Part shown: positions 38,393-51,490 of the stretch, one piece after another
How positions within the stretch are numbered: position 1 is the first letter of the stretch
Layout: each line of letters opens with the position of its first letter
Source: Octopus bimaculoides
Lineage: Eukaryota
Direction: 5' to 3'
Assembly: GCF_001194135.2 (NCBI RefSeq)
Contig: NC_068983.1
Span: forward strand, 136,756,604-136,820,603
Length of the DNA: 64,000 nt
The notes under the pieces: generated by a model
The model's database searches: none
What the model was told of the DNA's origin: nothing
What the model saw: only the letters and a program-made list of their open reading frames with translations
Made by a program: the position numbers and the translations under genes

Positions 38393-39000
38393 AAATTGAC
38401 TACATCCTCGCCAGGAAAAGGGAAAGATAGCTGCTAAATTGACTACATCTTCACCAGGAAAAGGGAAAGATGGCTACTTATAAATGCCAAAACTTTCCCA
38501 GGCGAAGAATGTATCCCACAACATAGACTAGTAGTTAGTGACTTCAGGATCAGGGCTAAGTGGTTGCCCAGAGGACGACCAGCATGGAAGAAAAGGGTCT
38601 GGAAGCTTAAAGATCTTGCAAATGGACAGAGATTTAGAGACTTATTACTCGAAGCTTTTGACAAAATAGAAGGGGATATAGCTTCACACGATGTAGAAGA
38701 CAACTGGAGGTTTCTACAAGACAACCTGCTGAGGGCCACTGACCATATCTGTGGATGGTGCAAAGTCCCTTCTCATCCCAAGGTAACATGGTGGTGGAAC
38801 AATGTTGTTGACAGGATCATTAGGGAAAAGAACCAGGCTTGGAAGGACTGGAAGAACAGTGGTAGCAGGGAATTGTATCAGACTGCCAGAAGGGAAGCTA
38901 AGCAACAGGTTTATTTAGTGAGAGGGGAAGCAGATAAGAAAAAATTTGCCAATATTCTGCACAGTGAATACCAAAGACTTGAAGTATTTCGTGTTGCATT
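38393..39000 (+). mobile_element. RTE-clade non-LTR retrotransposon fragment (end of APE endonuclease plus linker)
   Basis: IDYIL motif (duplicated) followed by ORF 38564..39130 with VWKLKD...TWWWNNVVD...AWKDWK, typical of RTE LINE ORF2. Confidence 0.75.
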
Positions 39001-40299
39001 AGGAAAGGTATCCAGCCATAAAGACCATGCCAAAACAGATAGTGAAGTTTGGTGCAATCCTCTGGTTTTCCAGCCCATGTCAAACCATTCAACACATGCC
39101 AGCAAAGCAAGGAGGACAGATGTTCAATGATGATAATAATGAAATCTTAAATGTTTTAATTAATTCTGAAATTTGGGAATTAAGAGTCAACAATTCATAC
39201 AAAATGCTTGTGAAACTTAGGAGAGATATTTTATACACCTTGCTGCAAGACTGCATTTGCATTATGTCTATTAAATTAAAAATGATCTTAGTTTGATAAG
39301 CTAATTACCAATGGTGGTTCATAAGTATTAAAGGGAGAGAGCTAAATATTATTATAGTGTAAATTTGATATCATCCTATAAAATATACTCCTTACTTTTG
39401 AATTACAGTAAACTTTATTAGTAAATTAAAAGTAAGTGAACAATTTTCAATACTTCAGATCCCCTCTGAGCAAAAATAGCAGCTCCAATAAAGAAATCAA
39501 AGGCAAGACCTAGTCTGGCCTCATCTGTCATGACAAAGCTAAACATCATATGATGAAGTAATTCCATCAGTTTTCCTATGGAGCTCAAACTGGACAAGTA
39601 CTTGGTGATTTTTATTTTTCTATTCAGGTATTTAAACTAAAGTTCTTCAAAAGGTGTTATGCTTCTTGTACACTGCTCTAGACAAAAAGCTTTGACAAGC
39701 AGTAAACCACCAAGTAGGTTGGATACAGCAGTGGTACAAATACTTGTTTTGCCTTGCAGCAGTGGTACAAATACTTGTCTTACCTCAACTCCTTGTAAAA
39801 AAACAAATTTTCTAGGCACACAATGAATTTAGAGAAGAGGCAAACAAAGAAAATCCTGGTCAACAATATCACGGACTACACAGGTCTCGGCATCACAGCC
39901 TTTTTTTGTGTGATTGAGGACTGAGTTTCTAATTTCTTTTGTTTTAGCTTTGTCAAAAGGAAGGTATAGTTCTAAGCCTTTCAAGACTGATGAAATCAAT
40001 ACAATTGTAGTCAGTGTAGGAATGAGGGAATTAACACTCAGGGAAGAAAGATGCATGTAAAAGGGATTTGTGCAAGGTCTGCTGTGTATAACATGGTGGG
40101 CTGGATAAGAGAGGAAAGTATACATATCAAGTGGCATTAGTGGAGCAGCTAAGCAATTAATTGATTGAAGAAAGTAGAGACTATTGCAGAATTAATAGGA
40201 TAAGCAGAAAGAGAAAATAGTTATTTGTAACTAGCAGGTCTAACTGTCAATGAACATGAAGTGTTACAAGCATATTTAATAAATTATAGTAAAATAGGT

Positions 40300-40700
40300 A
40301 CAAGCTTGGCTGAGTATTTAAGAAGCTTGCTTCCAAACCATGTGGTCTTAGTTTCAGTCCCACTGCACAGTATCTTGGGCAAGTGTCTTGTACTATGGCT
40401 CTGGGCCAACCAAAGCCCTGTGAGTGGACTTGGTAGGCAGAAACTGGTAAAGGCATGTTGCATGTGTGTGTGTGTGTGTGTGTGTCCTTGTCTTGAGATC
40501 ACATGATGGTTGTAAATGAGCATCACCATCATACAAATGATATTTGTTTCCGGACTTCTGTGAAAAATATGTCTGACCATGGGAAATATCTCGCTTAGCA
40601 ACAGGTGAAGGTTGGTGAGAGGAATAACATCTGGGTGTAGAAAATTTGCATCCACAAATTCCATCTGACCCATGCAAGCATGGAAAAGTGGAAATTAAAT
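40300..40700 (+). repeat. tRNA-headed SINE family copy (TGGCTGAGT...GGGCAAGTGTCTT...GTGAGTGGA); related pieces at about 45190-45560 and 56700-56990
   Basis: A/B-box-like head, internal (TG)n, shared 3' segment; boundaries approximate. Confidence 0.65.
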
Positions 40701-40926
40701 GATGATGCTGGTGATGAGGTAAATTATGATGAGTAGTTTCTAATAATAGGTTATGGATTTCAAGTAAATAGATTCACTAACTTATTAACTCATAACTTTT
40801 GGACACATATAGAACACCTGTTACTTCTGAAAAATATATTACTGTACCTTGGACTACTCAGTCAGACCAAACAAATGATCTAATTATTTCGTCTTTTTTC
40901 TTTCTTCTTTCTTTTTTCTCACCCAG

Positions 40927-41032
40927 GCTATGGCTGTAGCTGGAGTCCCTCCTGGAACTAAATATATGTCAACTGATCCACGAGATCAATCTATACCTGC
41001 AGCTAATCAAAAATACCCCTACCTCAGTCCAG
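40927..41032 (+). CDS. Cav1: Cav1 exon (AMAVAGVPPGTKYMSTDPRDQSIPAANQKYPYLSP-D), phase 0->1
   Basis: Polypyrimidine tract plus acccag acceptor, CAG|gtatat donor; the junction Q|AMAVAG matches vertebrate QALAVAG. Confidence 0.9.
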
Positions 41033-43449
41033 GTATATTCACTTTTTTTTTCCTAATGTTCTGTATATTATCCAAAGTGCGGATCTTTTACTAAAATATA
41101 TTTTTTATTATTTTATAATTCAACTTTGCTCATAATAAATATTCTACTACTACATGCAGTATTATTTTGGTAATGAAGATTTTGTTAACCAGTTGAGCTT
41201 CTAAAACTTTGTTTTATTTCATAATATAATTGGATTGAAAGAACTAGAACTCTTTCGTTAAACATTTATTAATAACAAATTTTCAAGTTATCTTACTTGA
41301 AAAATGCTGCTTTTCAATTTCTCTGCATTTTGGTTTTAACTTATTTTTCTTCTTACTTATTCTTAATAAATGTTTTTTCTGAATCGTTTTTAATCTAATA
41401 TCTGTCTTCTCAATAGATTTTTTATATATATACAAACTAAAGGAGACTGAATTAACATAAGTATGGCCTTTATAAAATCTCCAAAAGTAAACACACCTTT
41501 CAGTTATTCATAATTGTAACAAGAGTACATGGTTTAATAAAACCCTATCTTCTATCCTTTATATTATATTACTCATAATAAAATATACATGTATACTTGC
41601 CATATATCTGCTGCACTCTCTTCAAATCATTTGAAGATGAAATTAAACTGGATTTGATAGCTATTTATTTACATTAGTGCTGTAGCCTTTTTTTTATATT
41701 ATCCCAGTCTCTAAAGCACAGCATAAACACAAAGTTATTTTGATTATGATTTATTAGAATAGTTTTTTATATTACCTTTTCTTATTAAAATTTTAAATAA
41801 AATTCCCTTCCAAATAACGACCCACTTAACATTCATAAAACTGATTTACGAATTTTCTGAAATTCTGTCTTCTCACGAGGATCTGCATTTATGCTTGTAA
41901 TTTAAATTGAAGCACATGTGCTTATATTAATACATATAATATGTAACTATGCCTATGAAAAGTATTCCTTTACCTGGTCAATGAGTGTCTGAGTTAAAGT
42001 ATTTTGCCCTCTTGTACATTGTGCACCTCTGTTGTGAACAGTATGTTTGAATGTACAACTCTAATGCATTAAGACATTTGGTTTTGTCTTTGTATCACTC
42101 CATCTCTCCTCTATACCACAACTCAATAATATTAACTGATCTTTTAGGTCTGACATTTCAACTATTCTTACCAAGCTTATGTAATTGTCAATATAACAAC
42201 TACTACATGTTTCAGCTGTGTTTCGTCAAACTGATCTCTGATTTTGTTGCTTCATTAAAACTGTCTTAATTATTTGTTCATTAAAGGAAAAAATGGACCT
42301 CAGATATAAATGACTACATTTTCTCAAATGTTTTCTCATTTTATCCAATTATTAATTATGGTGTTAAGAGTCCCTCCTAAATTATCTTTGGTAGTATAAA
42401 TCTTCAAGTAAGAGAAATTAATTCACATAAAACTTTAAAATATTTATTTGCATTGATAAAATAATATTTTTAAGTAACTGTTTTCATATTATCTTAAATA
42501 AATCTCATATTAGTTGAGTTTATTGGGAATGTTATCACAAACCCCACCTCCATATGATCGACCCTATATTATATTAATTTTTAAGTAATGTTTAAGATGT
42601 TTGATATTATGTAGGCACTTTTATGTTTTATTTACTATCAGCTTTAACTTATTTTCATTATATCTCTTCTTTGTACCAAACATCAACCACATTATTCTTC
42701 TCCAACCTCTTGGATTTTGTTCCAAGCATTACAACAGCCTTCCCATGTTTTCTGCAATAAATTCTTCACTGAACTTCCCTTATGCATACATACCATAATT
42801 CAAAAATGAGAAAATCAAATATAAGAATGAGAGATAATAAATTTATGATAAGGATTCAATAAATAATTGTAGATTTCTTAGAGGTTCATTATCAAATTCT
42901 GACCAAACCTAAAGGTTGTTCGTGCTTTAAACTTGATATCTCTATGCTCCTTCACCAAAAAATATAGCTTTCTCATTCTTGCATTTCTTTCTCAGCATCC
43001 ATTTACTCCCATTTCCAAATGACCTTTACTACATTTTGTTTTTTTCACTAACCACTGAAAGTGAAATATTGCATAACAGGCTTTTAAATATTTCATTTCT
43101 TAATCAACATCAGTAGGTGATTAACTCCATTGATGCCAGCAGGGAGAAGGCCTAAAAGTTGAGATGCTCACCTCTTGTGAGAGAATTAGCAATATAACTG
43201 AATTGAAATTGCAACAAGTAGTAAAACAAAACAGGATCACACAAAGCATACCTTCTGTTTTCTAATGCTTAGGACTTTGGAACATTTGTTAAAGAACTTT
43301 CCCTAACATTTGAACCTACATTCATAGGCATCTCTGACTAATACCTATATATATATATATATATATCTTTCCACTAGAAATAAACTTCCAACAATGAAAA
43401 TCTGAATCAAATTTTTGCTAGCCCCAAACCTGGACACAAATTATACCCA

Positions 43450-43533
<84 letters not shown>

Positions 43534-45312
43534 CTATCTCTCTCTCCCTCTCTCTAACTAACTATCTATCTATCTATCTATACTTTATTCTCACCATTAC
43601 TGCTTAAATTTATATGTTTGTTTATATTTTCAAAGAAAAAAAACCATTTGTATTTTACATCTTTCCAAAATACAGTTTTGTTTTTTTAGAGAGTTCAAAA
43701 GCTTTCATCCATTGATGACCTTGCATTGGTACACTCTGTACCTTACATAACCAAGTCTTCATCAATCACAAAAGGCTAGATTTTCTCTTAAAGATCTAAA
43801 TGTACTTCGGCATTCACTAGCTATTAATAAAAAAAGCCATGCACTAGAATATTATTTTACATATGGATCAGGGCAACTTCTGAACATATATATATATATT
43901 CATATATTGATATTCTGGGTTGTATTCAAAAAGAAACCCATCCTGCTGATATATAAACTTTGATCCACTAAATAATCTACACACCAATCAGAAAGTTGTG
44001 ACCTTGTCACCTCTCTTCATAATAGTGAAGTAAGGACCATCATATTTCATATAGAAATAAAGAAATTTTAATTAATTAAAATTACTGTGCCAGGTCAATA
44101 ACTGCAACGTGAAAGAAAGAAACCCAAAATTTTAATTAGTCTGAAATAAATAATGAACTCAATGGGGAGTGAGTTTGATTATTCCTGTCCTTTTTATATG
44201 CATTGCTTCTCATCTCCCAGTCACCATACTAAATTTTATTCTTTCAACATGCTTGCAATCCCCTGAAACCGTCTACCTGTCCAAACTTCCTTCTCTTCTC
44301 TAATCACAGTTCTGAAACACTTTATAACAAGTATAAACTACATTAATGTTATCCTTTTATCCATGTTCTCACTAGTCTAGAAGGATTATAAGGGGTATAT
44401 AAAATGCAGAGGAACTACCTCTCTCTCTCTCTCTCTCAAACATAAATAACCAACTTTAAAAACATCCTATGTATGTTTAATTTTGGGAAGGTGATATTGG
44501 GGCTAGGGAGAATATACCCCTTTTTTTTAATCTGGATTCCATTTTTTCTTTTAATTCTCATTGTCTTGTTTGAATCCTTTGTGAAATGTATTTATTTGTC
44601 ACCTCCTTGTGTGCTTCACTAAATGAGAGAATCTTTTTGTGCACATATAGGTCATAGATTTATGTTCTTTAAGAAAAGATGGAAAAGACCAAGAGGTGGG
44701 TTTTCAAAAGTGCAACGTTTGTGCTTGAAGGCTTGCTTGTTTGTTTTGTTTCTTTTAGTTTTTCTTCTATCTGGTTCAATATTTAGCTTATTTTACTGCC
44801 ACATCTTCATCTGCTACTTTTGTTTTAGAGATACTTTCCTTTTATCTTTCATGAATAGTCACTGATATTTTGCATGACCTCTCTTTCTCTCTCTCTATCT
44901 CTCTCTCTCTGTGTCTATCTATCTATCTCTTTCCCCCTATATACATATAAATAATACATAAGCGTGTACATATGTGTGGCTATACACACAAATACACAAA
45001 ATGCACATTCTTGTAATCCAGATTGAGTCCTTTCCATTCTGAATGTAACCACAAACTGAACAATATAAATTCAGAATTCAGGCAACTTGCATGATCTTTT
45101 GTAGGTGACTTTGTAGTTGTAGGATTGTTCTCCATAGTTATCTCATGTTAATAAGTATTTTATGGAATCAATAAATGCGACTATCTTCAGTATGTGTATG
45201 TGTTTTCAAGTTCAGATCCACTACATGGTACCTTGGGCAAGTATTTTTTTCTATAGCCACGGGCTGATCAAAGCCTTTTGAGTGGATGTAGTAGCTAAAA
45301 GAAGCCTGTTAT

Positions 45313-45344
<32 letters not shown>

Positions 45345-45799
45345 ATTTATATAGGTGGAGGATGAGAGTCTCTTTGTCTTGATAAAAAACAATAGCTGTA
45401 AATAAGTGTTACCATCCTACAAGTAATGTCATTTATTTCCAATCTTCCATGTTCTGGAAAATATTCCCTTGCCTGGAAAAGAAATGAGACTTGACAAAAG
45501 GATTCTGTCCAACCCATACAAGCATGTAAATGTGGATGTTAAAATGATGATGATGTGTGTATGTATGTGCACACACATATATATATATATAACATGCATA
45601 CATAGATACATATAGATGTACACATACGCACAGACATATGTGTCTGTGTTTGCAGGTATTTAAATAGTAACTATACTGAAGTTATATATTTAAACTGCAA
45701 TATTAGGAAAATTGTGAGGAGCAAATTACTAATAATACACCATGTACATACAAAAAAACGATAATATCTTCACTTTCATAAAATGTTTATATCAGTTAC

Positions 45800-46270
45800 A
45801 TTCAGTAGACGTTTATTATTATTGTTATTGAGTGAGGGAGCAGTGCATGCCATCAAAGTGACTCTGGGGTACAATTATACAAAGCCCAATATAGCCATCA
45901 TTACTACCCGTCTGATAAAGGTACACCAGGCACTTGCATCACAACCACATGTACGCAACATGGTGACCTTATATCAAGATAAATAGCGCATGACCTTGCA
46001 AGTGGGGCCCAGTTAGAATTTTTTCAGGTTAAGCAGCCCATCCCGCTCAAAAGGTCCCTGAATAAGATTTGTTTAAGGATGATGAACAAAACACCCATGT
46101 TTCCAGAGGTGAATTATTCAAACCCCAAAGAATTCCTCTCAACACATGGTTATGATGCTCCCCACCCACTACTTCAGCTCGTGATCAGAGATGCACATAA
46201 CATCATCTATTAAGGGACATGCTCAACTGGTTAAGGTCAAGCAACTGACAAGCAAATCTGTGGTATTATT
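45800..46270 (+). repeat. Dispersed repeat; an inverted copy lies at about 8880-9300
   Basis: GAATTATTCAAACCCC...GATCAGAGATGCACAT...AAGGGACATGCTCAAC is present here and reverse-complemented at 8940-9075. Confidence 0.8.
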
Positions 46271-47989
46271 ATTATTATTTTGATGCCTGTCTCCTCCATT
46301 TATTCATCTATTACATTTACTTTTCTACTACACTTATACACCCGTAGAGTTGTAAGAAATTATAAGAATGTTCAGAGAAAGAGCCATAATGAATTGTATA
46401 TGATTTTTCCTATACTTCTCATATGCTAAAAAAATATATTCCTTCCAATCTTATTGGTACAATAATTTAATAGTAATGAAAGAGCACATGATTTTGGCTT
46501 GTAGTTAAAATTACAGCACTAATTCTATAAAAGATTAATAAAAAGTAAGGTGCACATAATGCATTTTAAGGATGCCAATTAGGTAATTTGTGTTGTAGAA
46601 AATATATAGAAAATGTACAGTCTTATGTTTGTGTTTTTGGAAGTCAATTCAGCAACATATTGTAGAAAGTGTTCATGTATATCTTATTCATAAATTAATA
46701 TGTGTACAAGTAAATAATTGTCAGCAGAAAACAGAAAAAATTCTGCAATTCTACATCTGATCCCATACTATTATGGTCTTCAATATTTCTAGACATCTAA
46801 ATATGTGTGTGTGTTATTCATGTATGAAGGACTAGGGAAAATATTGACTGTTGCAAACATGAAAAAGTGGACATTAAAATGATGATATGTGTACATATTG
46901 AGAAAACTTACTGTTTTCCAGTCTTTTGAGAATTTGTTTCAGTTATTATCAGTGATTTATACAAGTCTTGTTTCATGTTTATTCATTGGAATTTGAAAAC
47001 TACACTAAACAATACTCTGAGTTTCACACCTAATCTTTGTCCAAAGATCACAAGTACTAAACTCAGAGTAACAGTAAAGTTTTTTAGCTTACAATATATA
47101 TATGTGTGTATTGATTAATAGTCTTCAGGTATAGTCTCACTAATTAGTTACATGACAACTCCCAGAAGTATTAAAATTCCAAAGGGATCTTAATGCAATC
47201 CTGTATACTCACATGGCAATATAGCTCGAAGTCTTCATGTGCAGCTTCTTCCTTTCATGTAAAATATAATGTAAGGAAAATTATTAATAACTAGTCTATT
47301 TAATTATTTCCCTTACACTAGTAGAATTGCAAAATACATGGAATATTAATACTTATAATTGACATTTATAAATTTTACCAGTAATTTAATAGTTGTTTAG
47401 CATAGAACTAGGTAGGTGATCTCAAAAGAGGGTATGAAACGGTTATATTGGGGTGATACAGGAAGTTCTATAATAGTTGTAATAGTTTATATTACTAGAA
47501 GATTTCTTGGAAGGCATGGCTACATTTAAAAGTTTGTAGAATGTAGATTATAGGTGAATTAACACATTTATTATTCCTCTCCAAATATAACAAATCTGGT
47601 GGTGTGATGGGTTTCTAAAATTTTAATAATTACCTATCAAAATGGTGACATCTGCCTAAAAATTCAAATAATGTGCTTAAATATTTAGATGAAGCATTGA
47701 TACTATTCAATTTGGTTATCTTTTCTGCCCCACAAAGCTGACATTATCTCAGTTTTTCTATTTTATTTGATTGTTGATATTCTCCTTTTGCCATCATATT
47801 TAATTAGACAAAGCTGTTATTTTCTCATGTCAGTGATGGAAGCAGTGTGGTTAGCATATCACTATTTGAACTTGATTTCTACCATTCCTATGTTGTTACC
47901 AATTATTTGCTTCCAATTATACATTTGAGTTGGTAGAGATGATTTCATTTCTACTTCATATGGAAACTGACTTCTACAATATTACCTAA

Positions 47990-48850
47990 AATTATTCTAA
48001 GCTCCAAAATGGCAACAATGTAAATGCTGATACTAAACACAAATTTAAGCTTAGATTTAACAGCAAACTGGAAATACTATCTAAATGCAATGCTTTAATC
48101 ACCATGAAGGACCATTAAAGTAAGTTTACAGCCAACTCTAAATGTAGATTAATAAACCACCAAATCAGAAACAGGACTCATCAGTAAGAAAATATTTATA
48201 CATAACATTAGCATTTGGAAATCCTCTAACCTTGCCTATTGAAGTAACACCTACTAGGTTATCTCTTGACTCAAAAATATACAAGGTTCACTCTGTTTGA
48301 TATCCTCAGTTTTACTCTTTGATACCAGATACCCAAGACTTACTCACCAAGGTGCTCCACTATGCTATGTACTCCTATAAGTGACAGAGACTTAGAGGTC
48401 ACATTCCATACTACAAAAAATTTGTTCTTTGGCGAAAAACTTGGTTCAAAAAGTCACACCTAGAGGGTAATATTAATGTGAGTATAGGCTCAGTCAATAA
48501 CATAGGCATCTATTATCTCACTAGACTATATGTTGTGAATGTTTTTAAAACATTCACCTCCACTAGTTTTTGTCTAAATATGGATGACACTCTAGCCATC
48601 TCTAATGGATACATATTAGATAGGTTGAGAAAAGACATTATAGAGATGTTTAGATCCCTAACCTTAGACACTAACCTTAAAGTAATTTTCTAGGCATCAC
48701 TCTAGACCTTAGTACTGATTCTTTTAAACCTTTTAGGAAGCAAAATAAGAAACTCACGTTACCATAGGATCCTGTCAACTCCCACTGCCTAGTGTTCAAA
48801 AAATTGTAATAAGTGTGAACAGAAGAATCTTTAATCTGTCATCAAAGAAC
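47990..48850 (+). mobile_element. Degenerate Penelope-like element, RT region
   Basis: Decayed motifs KCRLIN.., KSETGLISKKI, and (YR)DDxLAISNG..LDRLRKDIIEMF typical of PLE RT. Confidence 0.65.
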
Positions 48851-48894
48851 TATTCAACTGGACAGTACCATAGTATAATGAGGCCCATGAGTTT

Positions 48895-49185
48895 TGTAGC
48901 GAATGCGGGAGATTAGAAGTAAGACACCTACTTTCTCTTTGTTGACGCAGACCTGTCGGGTGGTAATGTACCCTTCCACGTGGCCTGTCCTGAAACGCTA
49001 AAAATAGCGGCTGCTATCCCTCACCTTGTCGAAGCACTGACACATCCTGCACTCATGGCTTCCCTGATCGGAAAGGGTGCATTCGTCCCCCCACCTGTGT
49101 GCATGTCACCTGTGTGCCCATCCTCTTCTGGTCAGCTCCCCGGCTGCTGATATCATCCCACACGCCACCCTGATCTTAAAGATCA
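48895..49185 (-). repeat. Probable 3' LTR of the Gypsy element
   Basis: Polypurine tract AAGGGGGAAG immediately precedes TG at 49185 on the minus strand; candidate end CTACA at 48895 (end position inferred). Confidence 0.6.
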
Positions 49186-51490
49186 CTTCCCCCTTACTCC
49201 ACATCGAAGTCCACCATCCAACCAGGTGGGCGCCTTACGCGTCGAGATCTCCTCAAGCTAGGTACCTCATTCTCCTCCTCTCCACAATCGTCATCCGATG
49301 AAGCAACAATCCTGCAAAGGTCAAAATGTGATGCGACATTCCATCCATGGAGACGTTGTTTCTGGAATTGACCGCTGTCACCGTTCCTCTGCTCCATTGA
49401 GATGTACAGCGCACCATCAGTGGCTTAACCCAAACTTCCTCCCCTATTTTCACGCAGGTGGGTTTCTTCTCTTCTTTGTGGCACTCCGGCACTTTACTGG
49501 GCTGCCTCTATTCGTATTTAAATACTGCTCTGTGTGGCACAGATTCTTCAGCTTGTCCGGATCGGGGAGACATGTTATACCAGAAAACTGCTTCCAGCGA
49601 TGAAATGTGCCCTCTTTCCACCATGACCTTGATTGTCCAATGATACCTCTCTACAATTCCGTTACCGTTCGGCCTATACGTTGCTCTGAACAAGCAACGC
49701 ACTTTCCACCAGTCGAGCATATCCCTCAACACTTCCGAATGAAACACCGCCCCTTGTCCATTAGCAGTTCTTCCACAGGACCCCTCTCTGAAAATATCCT
49801 GTTCAAAATCTTCGCAATCTCGTCAGCAATGCTCATCCTCAACTCCCTCCAAATGGCTATCCAGCCCAGCCTGCAGTCGACCATGGAGAGATACATTCCC
49901 TGACAGTAGTGTGTCACATTCGCAGCTAGTCTCTTCCAGTTGTGCTCCACTGAAAGATTTCCTTACTCATGCCCACATGGAGCAGGGTCAATGGACTGAC
50001 ACCTGTCACAGCTCCCGACCACTTTCCAGATGCTTCTCCTAGTGACGTCAGCATCAATCATCTTCATGAGATACAGGGTCCTATCCACCCCCAAGTGATG
50101 CATAGCATGTAGTCTCTTCAGTTCGGAGTCATCCAACCGACACACCGCAGCTATCCCCTTCTTTGCCTCCTCCAACCACGCCCTTTTCACCCTGGTCAGT
50201 GCATCTGCCCTGTTTCTCTCCGAAGGCACAAAAACCACGTTCAGCTTCAGTCTGAACTCAGCAATCAGCTTTCATAGAACTCCTAGGCGGCACTTCACCA
50301 ACATCTCCACGACACCTTTCGTCCAAACTCTCCTCTCAACAGTGATCACTGATCCTACCCAGCCGAGCACAGTGGCCAAATCCATCCGGATTTCAATTGA
50401 GCACAGCCCCCATTTCAAAGCCAAGTTCATCCCCTTCAGCACTGCGTCTAATTCGGCAACATTGATGTGGTTAAAGTCGTCTACTTTCCAAAGCCAGGCT
50501 GTGTCCTCCACCTCAGCGCCTTCGATCTCCAACACAACCCCTGTCACTATACTGCTAGTATCACACCAAACTGTCCCGCATTCTCTCTTGGGCACATACC
50601 AGTTCCTACTGACCTGGTCTTCCACTCTCATCCTCTCTAGGATTTCCCGCATCATTGCCACTGTCTCCTCTCCTACCTTGTTACCCCAACTCTTCCCCCT
50701 CTGCTCGTCTCTTGGTGTAACTGCATGCTTTGCGTAGCCATCAAGCGATAGGGTAGTGACCAACCAACTTCCCACACACCGAGAACAGCTCTATCCTGCT
50801 GACGCTGGAACTCAGCTCTGGGATTTCATTTCTTCTCCGGAACACCAACTCACCCCAGCGCAGCTTCAGCCCCAGTGCAGCTCCCCACTGCCATCAACTC
50901 CAGTGGCTTCACAATCAGCCCGAACTTCTCCACATGTCTCACTAGCAGCACTACCTCTTCCAGGCATTTTATATAGGCCTCTGTGTTGAGTCTGAGGCCT
51001 TGTGGGAAGATGAACAGAGGCACAATGCCACCATGATTTTCGGAGCAGAATTCAGTCTGAAACCCAGCCTGGTTAAACAGTATGTCCGGCCCTTGTACCG
51101 CACCAGCTGATATTGCCACAGTTTGGCACTCACACGGAGCTGCAAATATGCCAACTTCAAGTCGACAATCATCGCTGCCTTGGTCAACTGTCTCCACACA
51201 CATAACATCTCGCTGCAAACGTCTGTCACCTCACCTCCTGTGCGGCATGGTATATGGTCATTCAATTCTCTAAAGTCTAGCACCAGTCTGACTTTTCCCT
51301 TCGTCGGCTGCACCACCGCCATCAGAGGTAGCACTCTGCTTGCCATCTCCTCCTTCCACAGGATAAGGACTCCTTCCTTGATCCATCTCTCTACCTCATC
51401 TTCGAACTCGACCCTGGCATGACCTTTTAGGGTACGCTGGTAGCAGCTCACCCTGTTCTTCAGCATCGGGGGCTTCAAAGCAGTTGTAAA
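48895..51490 (-). mobile_element. 5'-truncated Ty3/Gypsy-type LTR retrotransposon (RT-RNaseH-integrase order), degenerate
   Basis: RT (VRLVLDFRELN, YCLTRLGFRLNSAP), RNase H (VWCDTSS...ELDAV...NRADALTR), HHCC (HAMHH...CDRC), integrase core (GNGIVERYH) and GPY/F-like tail; GC-rich island. Confidence 0.9.
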
